Shown here: positions 1 to 10,975 of the stretch, one piece after another
Position numbering within the stretch: the first letter of the stretch is position 1
Layout of the letters: every line of letters begins with the position of its first letter
Origin: Auanema rhodensis
Lineage: Eukaryota; Animalia; Nematoda
Length of the DNA stretch: 64,000 nt
Assembly: GCA_964057225.1 (NCBI GenBank)
Contig: OZ059899.1
Span: 11,718,001 to 11,782,000 of the forward strand
Direction of reading: 5' to 3'
Made by a program: the position numbers and the translations under genes
Notes under the pieces: model-generated
The model's input: the letters and a program-made list of their open reading frames with translations, nothing else
Told to the model about the DNA's origin: nothing
Database searches by the model: none

Positions 1-31
1 GGATGGCCAGAACTTTTGCGCACACCTGATA
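1..31. mobile_element. Right terminal inverted repeat of a mariner-family element, truncated by the window start
   Basis: GGATGGCCAGAACTTTTGCGCACACCTGA followed by TA is nearly the reverse complement of the TIR TTAGGTGTGCGCAAAAGTTTCTGGCCATCC at 52954; a TA target site follows. Confidence 0.8.
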
Positions 32-86
32 ATTTTTGGAAAAAATTGAAAATCTACTATACAGCATCCGAAGGGGAAGCAGCATC

Positions 87-946
87 CTAGCGTGTACTAG
101 TGTTCCAAGCATGACGAACCTTTTCGCTCATGTCTTGTACTTCTGAACTAAACTTGTCGGATATTTCATTGTATTCTCTTTTCAAATGATCAATCACCCA
201 TTCGATTCCTTTTCTTCCCTATAACATATACATTGAGAACAATGTTTGAATTGTAGCTAACCTTATTGGCATTGCTGGAATAGACATTCAAAAAGGTTTT
301 TTCACAATAATCAGCAAAAGCTGGCAAAGTAATAGTCACAATAGCCTCTTGCATTAAAACAGTTCTGCAAGGTAAAAAGAGTTTAAAACAATCATTTTGC
401 TGATAACGTACTTGCTAGGATCGGAAGTGTGAGGCTGATATGTCAATTTTTCATCACAACGAAGAAAAGAGCTTCCATTCAACTAAAAAATTGTATAATA
501 AAACGATTAAAAGGTTTAACTAACGTTCCGTGTAGTCAAGGACATGGTTTTACTCTGTGGGTCAATGACACTATATTCATGGGAATATTGGGTACCAGAA
601 AACCCAGTTAACTAAAACATATAATTAATTAATGAGTAAATTACAGTAATATACTACCTTTGTAGCCCAAGAAGGAATTTGAAAATGTGACTGAATAAGT
701 CTTTCAGAATGAATAATACCTTAAAATTTTATGATCGTCATGGAAATTAATAAAACGAATGAATACCATCTTCAACTTTCTGCGATACAACATCCATTGC
801 TGTTACACCACTGTTACAGGGATTTGGATACTTTCTCCAGGCAGCATTCACGACAGTTTGCCAGTCATGCCTGAAACGTTAGAAATTTTGATGATCAAAA
901 AAAATTTTTCATACTCGAAGACGTGCTCGGAAGTCCAGATTTTCAT
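87..946 (-). CDS. PRELID3: PRELI/MSF1-domain protein, PRELID3/slowmo-like mitochondrial intermembrane lipid-transfer protein (7 coding exons)
   Basis: Spliced translation MKIWTSEHVFEHDWQTVVNAAWRKYPNPCNSGVTAMDVVSQKVEDGIIHSERLIQSHFQIPSWATK...GRKGIEWVIDHLKREYNEISDKFSSEVQDMSEKVRHAWNTSTR* matches the slowmo/PRELID3 N-terminus (MKIWTSEHVF..KYPNP). GT-AG introns; ATG at 946, TAG at 89-87. Confidence 0.9.
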
Positions 947-1452
947 TTTTTTTTATTTTTTAAATATAATCTAGAACCGTTTGTTACCTGAAAGTTGATT
1001 GGTAATTATTTCTTAAGAAAATATAAAAATGAATCATTTACAGCGAAGTTAAAAGGTAAAGTACTTCAAAAGTACAGAAAAAAAATCTTATTTTCAAACG
1101 ATATTTAGTGTCACAAGTTTGTTAAAGAGTATGATGGGAAAAGAAAGCTGTTATCACTCAGTAAATATATCGATAAAAGAAATAAAAGAATAGTTTTATG
1201 AGACAGCACAAGAGAATTTTTCGTCACGGCACCGCGCTAAAGGTCCTGGCACGATTTTGAAATTTCAACATTGGCTCACTTCCAGCAATTGGAATATTTT
1301 ATAGTAAAATTTTTACTTATGCTTTTAAATAAAGTTTTTTATTTTTTTAATTAATTTCTTTACAACGAAAATTTATGGATTTAATTATATATAAACAATT
1401 TTATCAACATAACTTAGCATAAATAATTAATTAAAAAATATTAAGGTAAAAA
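947..1452. promoter_or_regulatory. Probable bidirectional promoter/outron region between PRELID3-like and Tim23
   Basis: Divergent ATGs ~500 bp apart; central GC patch at 1222-1253; TTTCAG acceptor on the - strand at 993-988 just upstream of the PRELID3 ATG (possible trans-splice site). Confidence 0.55.
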
Positions 1453-2473
1453 ATGTCTTGGTTGTGGGGTGGTTCATCCAGTTCTTCGGAACCTGCACAA
1501 TCTAATAATCTAGATGTATCCAGTTCTGCCATAGACATGAGCGCAGGAATTGATTTCAGCTCATCAACAAGTAATATGAGCGTAAGTTTTTGCTTATTAT
1601 CGTTTTCTATTTTTTAAAATTATTTTAGCAATCACAAGCTGAAACAAGTGATCCATTTTCTACCCCCGTTCTCGCCTTAGACCAGATTAAGCATGCTGGA
1701 GTACCTGTAACTAGACAAATGGCTCCATATTTGCAGGTATATTCAATTATATTATACTCTAGGTTTACGTTATATTATAGATGGATCCTTCAATTTTTGT
1801 TTCATCAGCTCCACAATATGTTATGCCCGACGGCGGTGTAACAGGTTTGCACTATATTTAAAAGTTGACTCTTAAATATATCAAAATTTACAGGAAAAGG
1901 AAAATTTGAGTTTGCATTAGGGCATATAGGTTGGGCTGTTGCTGGTGGTTTTGGAGTAGGATGTGCAAGAGGTGCTTTTGGTGAATTCTTTAATAAAGAA
2001 ACTCAAAAAATGGTGTAAAAAATATTATTTTTGTTTCTAACTATTTGTATTCAGTCTGGAAAACCTTGGATGACTAGAATGGTAAATGCTACAGTAAAGC
2101 ATGGTTCTGGATTTGCCCAACCTGCAGGTTAGTTGTTTTCTTTTATTTTTACATTTTTTCAAGCTATATGTGCATAATTTTGTACTTTTATTTTTTTTCA
2201 GGAGCTGTAGTATTTTTGTATTCCGCCTTAGAGATTGGTCTCAGATCTGTAAGAGCGGAAGATGATTTGAATGGTCTCGGAGCTGGTGCTCTTGCTGGAG
2301 CCATTTACAGAAGTCCTCATGGTTTGAAAGCGAGTGGTATCGGTAAGTTAAACAGAATCATATACTAAGTATGTTGTGGTCATATAGGTGCTGCCGCTGG
2401 TGTTGTTTTATCTTTGGCTTGGCTCGTTGGAAACCCTGACAGTAGAAATAGACTTCAGGAAATGTTTAACTGA
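1453..2473 (+). CDS. timm-23: Mitochondrial inner membrane translocase subunit Tim23 (Tim17/22/23 family), 7 exons
   Basis: Spliced translation MSWLWGG...PYLQMDPSIF...GKGKFEFALGHIGWAVAGGFGVGCARG...KPWMTRMVNATVKHGSGFAQPAGAVVFLYSALEIGLRSVRAEDDLNGLGAGALAGAIYRSPHGLKASGIGAAAG...MFN* shows Gly-rich TM helices and the Tim23 signature. Confidence 0.92.
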
Positions 2474-5400
2474 ATTCAAAACGTGTCATCTTTTCAATTT
2501 GAATTTTTTGTGATCTTCGTAATTATTAGTTACCTGCCCTTGTTAGTTTTTTTATATAGATTTAGACTGAATTGTTATTGTTATTTTCATGAAATGTTTT
2601 TTTTTCTCATGAAGTGCTTGGAGAGTTGATGAATTTTTTGCAATTCAGTATTTTAATTTTTAAGAAATCTATGATGTCTTGAAGGAACATTTTAATTATG
2701 ATCAACGATTAGAATGCGTAGTTTGAAACATCAAGTTCTTTGATTTCTTTGTTTTCCTATCTGTGAATATATAATTTCTTAAATGTTAAGAAATCAACGA
2801 GCACAGTAATCATAGTTCTATATCATTCCCTCGAAACACTGTAGATTCTATTTCTTATATTTGTTATATATGTATAAGAAGTATGTGATGGGAAATTATG
2901 GTTTTTAACACTCAATAATAGGACAATGAACAACGGGGTGTCATATCTGACATGGTAACACGACAGTTTATGTCAGCAGGACGTGACTGGGATATTGTCT
3001 GTTGATGGATGGTCTTTGACTTAATCTTATAATTTCGTTAATTGTTCTGCATAAGTGTATATGGGATTAGCAAACAGATTCTAAGACTGAACAGTGGCCC
3101 TTCATAATATATTTGATATTTCATTAAATCTTTTCCTAATACATCAGAATGTTAGAATAATCTACTTGATATTCGCAGATGCTTTTAGAGCCCTGAACAA
3201 TGGTTTTCACGAGCCCCTTGTAAATAACTTCCTAGTTTGTTCAAATATGTTGTTTTCTTCTCAAAGAACAATAAAAGAATTGACTGACCGATGACTACAT
3301 AACTAATAATTATGTTTTATGTTGTCGAGAACAAAGAAATTTATGTTAGCACTCTGTCGGCATATTTCTTTTGGCAAGAAACCTTTGTTGCTCCACCTAA
3401 GTGATAGTACTGACCGCCAAATGTAATTTCCTTCCAGCATTTTTTGTATTGTTACTCATTATAATGAATAATGAACGACGAATGCTCCCCTAAGAGAAGA
3501 GTTATTTTCCCTTCAGATTATATGAGAGAAAATCTTTCTCTGAGATTATGCAGATATGAATATATTTTTATTCTCTCGCGATCTGTTTGGTCAATGTCTC
3601 ATATATACAACCCAATAGCACCAACTGACCTTATACGTATACAATAAGACATTTGTTATAAGTACTACTACTACCTGATAAACCACAAACTATAAACATT
3701 AAAAATGAATTGAGAGTATAAAGTATCATATCCAAACAAGTGAGAGAGAGAGAGAGAGAGAGAGGTAACTTATGCGAAATTAAATAATCGCTACCGATGC
3801 GCCCCAGTTTCAAAGTGATTTAGCCTTTTTTTCGTTTATTTCGTATTTTTACGACAGCTTAATCTCGGTTACCGTATAATCCGTGACGCAATGAAAAATG
3901 CTCATGATTTATATTGAGAAAAGGTATTTTTCCCCTCTTCCCGTGAATTCAAAGCACAAATTTTCCTGATACGTGTGTTGTACATGGTTGATGAAAGATT
4001 GAAAAAGAAATTGTTATACACCAGTTGTATAATGCACTCTTGTTTTTTTGGTTTCAAATATTAATGAACATTGAACAAAAAACATCTAAAAATGGAATCT
4101 AAGCACAAAAAAAAATATTTGTACTACAATATTTGTTTTGAACTATTGTGAAAGTGTATACTAGAAGTATATGAACTATAATGAAAAAACATCTTAGTGT
4201 ATAGTATTACATGATTAATTCCAATTAGTGTTAGCTTTTCAAATTCCTTTGTACTTACTTAACATCTGAAACAATTTTTTCTGAATTTTTATTTTGGAAA
4301 AAGCACAGGATTATGAGTACATAACTTTGTTGACGATCCAAACATCTGAGAACTATGTTGGAGTACACAAAACTGCAACTAAAGATCCAATCAAAAAAAA
4401 TTAACGGGTACTTCCCTTTTATGATATGGTCTTTACTCTATTTTCGTTTTATTTGTGACTTTTCCCGATAGTAGCTATAATTAAACTGAAGTAGTACATA
4501 GGTCCTAGTTGTTCAAACGTTAAGCCGTCTGTTTAACTACTGAACTCGCTGATAAAGGCAGATAAAAACAGAAAGAAACATCGAACGTTAAAGAGAAGTA
4601 TGTTGTTGACTGATTAAAGATCGAAACATTATATTGAAAAGCATATTTGAGGTAAACGAAATGATCACATGGCCTTTATAACCTTTATGTGTGTACAATA
4701 TGATATGAAACTATTCCACGTTAAGTAATGATATAAGGGATCAGAGTACAAAAAAGTTAATAACGATAAGAGTTACTTCAGTTCTATGTATTAGCATCAT
4801 GTTGTTGTAATGAGTGTGATCTATCACTTCTTATACTCCACGTTGTGTACTGAACTCCGTTCATGGATACAAAAATCAAAAGGCCACATTAAAGAAAACT
4901 GGTACTACCCTTCTATACCGCCTTTAGTTCTAACTAGATTTCATAAAATAATAGATATGCTCGTATTTCTTATCGTTGATTTCATACCTGATCAAAACTT
5001 AATTCTATTTTTTATGTCAAGATTAAATAAAAAGCTATTGAAAGCATGTAAAATAGTCTTTGTTCATTAGCGATAAATCGCATCCTCGACTGACTAATCT
5101 CCCTTACACCCCCATTTGCTGCATTAATCATGAGCAAATACAGACAAAAAGTTTTCTCACATTCACAAATACACACCCAGACATACAGACTAATTCATTT
5201 GTTTTTTATTTAAAAAAATTATTTTATGTTTCGATTGGGCATCTTGATGATAAGCACGCACTATGATGACAAGGGGGATAGTTGTTGTTTAAGAAAATGA
5301 TGTCACTCATCAGTCACCTCTCAAATTTCTCTCATTTGCTGATGAAAGAGCGACTAATCGTGGAGAAGTTTCTCTTTCTTTTCTTGTCATCTCTATTTTC

Positions 5401-6094
5401 CCCCTCGCTTTCTCTTTTGATTTAACGATGTATGGAGTCTATATTGGTATGCGTGTATGTGTCTCTTGTGTGACTAGTTCTTCAGATAAAAGCTTAATGT
5501 TAGAGTCAATGAAGTTTTAAGAGTGGAATGATCTCTCGTTCTCACCTTGTTCCACAAGGTACACTCCTCACTGCCAATAGATCATATAATGAGAGGCTTC
5601 AAGGAGATAGCACAGTCAAGGAACTATTTTTCTATGAATTTTAATTCGAAATACACAAGATAAGAGAATAAAAGAAGCAGCTCATGCTCCCAAACAATGA
5701 ATTTATATCAAGCGATATCATTTCGTTGACGAAAAAATGGCTACGGCTCAAAGATTAGGTGCATTAGTACCAATTATACTTCACAATGCTCGCAAAGATT
5801 AGTTTTAACAGCATAGACTACTATTTCATGTTATATAGGCCCCTCGTAGTATTAATTTTTCGATTCCCTTTCGTTCAGGGTTCCTGTATCTTTTGTATAA
5901 ACGTGTACATAGGTCGAAAGAGGTAGTCATCGTCATTACTCGCCAGACGAGTTTGCCCTTATACCCGCAACACTTGTTGCTTCACCTGACTGCGAGTCTA
6001 AATCACGTGTCACAGTTTATATTCAATTCTACGGAGGCACGAGTTTGCAGTTATCTAATGTGTGTACGTAGTCTCCGAGTTGAATATCTCGATC

Positions 6095-6316
6095 ATGACT
6101 GTTGCCGCCTCGTCTGAATTCATCTGCTGGCCATCACGTGTTCCAATGGCGATGCCAGTTGTCTATCGCCCACGATCGGCAAAAACAACAGAAATCCAGA
6201 AAACATCGAGTGAATTGGGGAGGGTGATAAAGTCTGCTGAAGAGGCGTTTGTTTGTGAAGGAAGCTGGTCAGATCAACGACTTATGACTTCAATTCGTCG
6301 AAGGTTTGAGTCTTGA
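6095..6316 (+). CDS. Possible small single-exon protein (73 aa) of unknown function
   Basis: GC-richer island with atcATG context and a natural-looking peptide (MTVAASSEFICWPSRVPMAMPVVYRPRS...EEAFVCEGSWSDQRLMTSIRRRFES*). No family recognised. Confidence 0.3.
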   Translation: MTVAASSEFICWPSRVPMAMPVVYRPRSAKTTEIQKTSSELGRVIKSAEEAFVCEGSWSDQRLMTSIRRRFES

Positions 6317-9300
6317 TGACCGGTTCACGCGAAGGTGTAACCGCTCCGATATGATCAGATTTGATTGAAGCTCATCACCTGGACAAACATCTTCAGAATA
6401 TAGAAAGTAACACTAAGCTGGTCATCATTATTGATCACAAAGAACATTTCAAAACATTACAAACTCTAACCAAGGCAAATCACGAGAACTCCATAAATTT
6501 CCTTTTCCTTCACTCAATAACAGATATTTATAAATTTCTAGACAGACATTGATCTCCTCAAAAACGTTTTTCCTCTTATTATTACAACACATCTTTTAAC
6601 TAAAATTAAAAATATAATATTATAAATACGAGTTTAAACGTCATTTTCATTTTCAGAATAGCTTATGTGATCATTGTTCCATTCATTTTCTTTAATATTT
6701 TTTCTTCTTTGTTTTTCCACCAATGTTTTCTAAATTCTATTTTGACGGGCCAACTATATTTTGCTTTTTGTTCTTTTGAATGTTCATAATTCAAGAATTA
6801 TTACAAACAATTAAAACATTCTAAATATTGCTTTACTACAGTCCCGCTAGTTCTTACAACTGTTATTTCTTAGAACAATAAACGCCCAAGGATGAAGATT
6901 AACTCTTCTACGGACAGATATTCTTTATTATATCAGCTGATCTATAATAGATAAGGTACCATTTTCTGGAAGCCGAGACCACGTGACATCAAATGACCGA
7001 CACAACAGAACTATGCCACATGTGGTATTCCTTCTGTTTGTACCACAATGCGCAACGATTGACATCTTATTAGGGGCAACGATGGAAATATTATCTCATA
7101 TGGTTTATATAGACTACCGAGAAACAATACAAAGGACCACCAGAATAGGTTAATTTCACAGCGGTTAACTCAAATACTGTCCTTGGTTATATTTGAAATA
7201 AAACGAGCTGATGAATGTCATTTGGTTGCTATTGCGATGACCTGACAACATACGAAAGTCAACCGAAAAAAACAGAAATGTTCGTAATGATTCGTCCGTT
7301 TTCGTCAGATTGTTGAAATTACAGTGCAAAATAGTTGATGCGACGAAACAATTCCGAAAAGTAATCTCATTGAGACTTCTCTTCTTATCGAGATCAGAAA
7401 AGTGGAGAAGATAAAGAAAAGAAGACGAAGATAATACACCTCAACGTTAACCATACGAAACAAAAACACTGATAAGGAGTCAGTTAAAGACTAATTCCGA
7501 AAAAACAAATCTGGAAAAATGATTAGTTCTTGGAGGCACAAATAGTCTGGTAAATGAGGTGATGAGCGTAGCATTGTTCAAAAACCTGTCTGGCTCGTCA
7601 ATGTCATATTTTAAAATATTTATTTATATATTTGTACTTTGAAAAAACATGTGAGGAATGTTACTGTTCTTATCAAGTTGTTTTTAAGAACAATTAACTA
7701 TTACACGTGTTATAATGGAATAAAATAAGAAAAATACATGAATGGTATACTTATTCTATATTATTTGTTAAAAGAAAATAACAAAGAAAGCATCTGGAAT
7801 CGATTTGAATTTACATCAACATCTTTTCAAACAGATTTAACGTCTGGGAGATATTCGGCTAGCTAGAGCTAAAGACCATTATCTCATAAAGAAAAGAAAT
7901 GGTATGAGAAGTAGTATGGCAATCCTTTCAAGTCAATATATTCAATTGGACACTTAGGAATGTTTTTTTTGTCGTAATTGGTCCCCTTGCGAAAACTGAC
8001 GTTAATCATTTCGAAATGCTCTTAATTCTTTTCGAAAGATGTTTTACACTGGTTCTCAAGCTGTCTTAGCAACAGCCCCCAAGAAGATACGGATCTCAGG
8101 TCCTTCTCTCTTTACTTTCAGGATATAAACACCTGTGCTTGTGGGTTTAAGGCATGAAGGGGCTCATGACACTGCCATCTGTGGCAAACAGATGGGCCAG
8201 ATGTTCATTATTCGTCCAACATCCACATAAAAATCTTTAGATTCAATGAAAAACAGACAATTTGTCAACTCTGCAAGTACCATAAGGCTTCATCACTGTC
8301 TGGGAATTTAGCCTTAAGAGAATTCCAGAGAAAACAAAAAAAATGTCAGCATAACAGATAAGACATCCAAGTAAAACGAAAATAGCTATGAGATAACACA
8401 CTAACCAATGTAGCCTCGCCTTCATAAAATATTTCATCACTTTTGATAATTATTTGTTTCATAAACAAGTCTAAAATTAAAAAACATGAGTCATTTCTGA
8501 TCTTTGACAGATATTTAGCTTCCCACATACACGTACTTAAACAAAATGACAAGTCACTTGGTATGCTCAAAGCACAGACTACATAACCTTCCTAATAAAG
8601 AAACAAGAAGTTCTTTTGTTTTACATCCACCTATCATCTTTAGCACAAACTAAAGGGCATGACCCATCCAACTTCTCTATCACTCACCTTCTAAACCATG
8701 GTATAAACGAGCTGTCACAGACACGATATAAACGTTACGAACGACCTTTCTATTTGAAGTACTAATACAGTAAAACTTAAAAAATTCAAATTAATGATCA
8801 ATGGACTCAAAACAGAATATACTGTCAGCAGGTACTTGAGAACCAGCATGGTCGTTTGCTCAACCCGCGTAGAGAAGATCCCAACAAATCACTATTCAAT
8901 CACCAATGAGCTAACAAAAGACGTGAATGAAAGACAGCAGTGAAATGAAAAACAGATTTAAGGTTGAGCCAATATGCTCATTATACCTCACAACTGCATT
9001 TAGACCCACCCAGGCGTAAACTAGTCAGTCGAACTAGTTTCAGAGAATATATCTGCTAAAACGGAAGTAAAAATTATTTCGAAGAATTAATAAAAATGCT
9101 TCATTTGCAAGAAATATAATCATCTTAGAAACTATATAGCGGTCGTCATTGCTCTCTCGTGCCTCTCACTATTGTTCATTCACCCCGTCTCTCTTCTTCC
9201 CCACCGATTAGCACATGTCACAGACATCTATTCGAAAGTCTACGCAACCCCCAGCGTAGAAAACGAATACCTTCGTATATTTCGAAAATAAGCGCATTGG

Positions 9301-10143
9301 AAATCGGAAATCTAGAATATCACTAGAACGAATATTGTGATCATTTACGTAGAATAACGAAAAATGTGCTGATGATACTGCGAATTACCAATTATGTTTG
9401 ATCACTGAACATTAAAGTAAAAACATGAGATTAACCAGCTATTGATGATCAGCACTATAAGAAACTTTGGTCTTCTTCGAAAGCAGCCTTTTTTTTTTCA
9501 AATAAATAGGAAAAACAAAAACAGACAGAAACTCAAAGAGCAGCATTAGTCTAGCTGGTTGGAAGTTTGATGTTTGTCTAATGGACAAATACCAGGATAA
9601 ATGCTATGCTGAAGACAATGAATCACCTTATCGATGGTGATTTCACAATTCCCATTTTTTGATAAATTCATGTCACAGGAATATATTATTGATACAGCCG
9701 GGAAAAATTAATGTTGCTCGTTGAAAGAAAGCGTACGATTTCAACAAAAGCACATTTGTCCAGTAATCACACAATATTCATCACAAAGACAACGTTAATA
9801 AACAATAATGCAGAAAATAGTTTACAACAAAAATGAACCCAAGGCATTCTCATGAATTTAGAACATTTATACTCTAGTTTGGTTAAAAAATTGCTTGAAC
9901 GATGAAATCAAGTTTAAACATTAATAATTATCATTTTCATCAATATATATATCATTATTTAAAATTTCAATATCTAATATCCTAATAAAAACCAAAATTC
10001 AAAAAAAAACCGAACAATTCTGTGTAATGTGTTCGAAACTATTCGAAAAACTTCGAAATCCGCAAATTTTACGCATTAATAAGACGAATCGCAATTCAAA
10101 TTTGTCGCGAGCGGTCGCGTCACGGTCGCCCCGCCTCTCCTCA

Positions 10144-10975
10144 TATAAAAGGCCGAGCCTCGATCAGTCAGGCACGCCGTTTTTGGTCGTCTCTGGCATA
10201 TCCCGGCATCTGCCGATTGCCGTGGATATGCCTCACGGGCTTTCTCAAGTATTGGGCGCTTTCTAGTCAAATTTACCCAATCAAGCTCTTCAAAACCAGT
10301 TAAACATGCTCTGTCTACTCAACTGGTGTGCTGTACTGCTGTCTACTTATTCCCGGATAACACAAGATGTCTACTTCAATGTTCCGGATGCCAATAACTT
10401 TTAAATTATCGGCAGTCAACTATTTCTGTATATATTCTATTACTTTACAACCTACTATTCTGTCTATCTACAGAAGATTTCAAGCCATCCAAGCCTACGC
10501 TAGCTTATTCGGATTTTCGGCTGTCAATATTTCTCTACCGCCTTCCGCTGTCTGGTCCACTTCTTACGATGTCTCCACGATCAATGGGATCGATTCCATT
10601 TGCTCAAAACCAGTACTGACGTCTTCTACTGTGGTTGGTTCTCAGGATTTCCGGTCTTTTCTAGTATAATTTTTTTTGTATTTTTTTTGTTAAGTCGTTT
10701 GTATTGTATTTGCTGCGTTTCGAATTGCGATTTGAAAACACTGGAGTTTACCGATCTTTCTTAACTTCCGGCCATACGGTGGGCCAATGGAAGATCCCGA
10801 AAGTAGCGGTGAACTCCAGTGTGTCATTTCCTTTCATGGTTGGTGCAGATGCGTCAGTGCTATCATGGGTGTACCTCACTTCCGGCCATACGGTGGGCCA
10901 ATGGAAGCTTTACTCTTTGCCATGATTGCACTGTGCTTCAAGTCACCGTGGCTTGTCTTAGATAACGGGTAGCTA
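10144..10975 (+). ncRNA. Candidate structured non-coding RNA / pri-miRNA-like locus (alternatively a non-autonomous mobile element)
   Basis: TATAAAAG at 10144 with a GC-rich upstream block and TCAGT at 10164; hairpins at 10195-10232, 10295-10327, 10738-10822 and 10851-10936. A G-U pair in the 10738 stem favours the + strand. No convincing ORF. Confidence 0.4.
10764..10907 (+). repeat. Exact 30-bp direct repeat ACTTCCGGCCATACGGTGGGCCAATGGAAG (10764-10793 and 10878-10907)
   Basis: Directly visible; copies are 114 bp apart, and each forms the tip of a larger hairpin. Confidence 0.97.

Noticed and set aside
10032-10058. Heat-shock element
   Set aside because: GAA/TTC spacing is 0 and 4 nt, not the nGAAnnTTCn register.
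10738-10936. CRISPR array, hammerhead/HDV ribozyme, H/ACA snoRNA or sbRNA interpretation of the twin hairpins
   Set aside because: Only two repeats, eukaryotic context and no cas genes; no correctly placed CUGANGA/GAAA core, H and ACA boxes, or sbRNA terminal motifs on either strand.
10704-10972. ORFs 10704-10925 and 10787-10972 with a repeated peptide (LTSGHTVGQWK)
   Set aside because: By-products of the 30-bp repeat; no splice or codon support, and the nucleotide-level pairing explains the region better.
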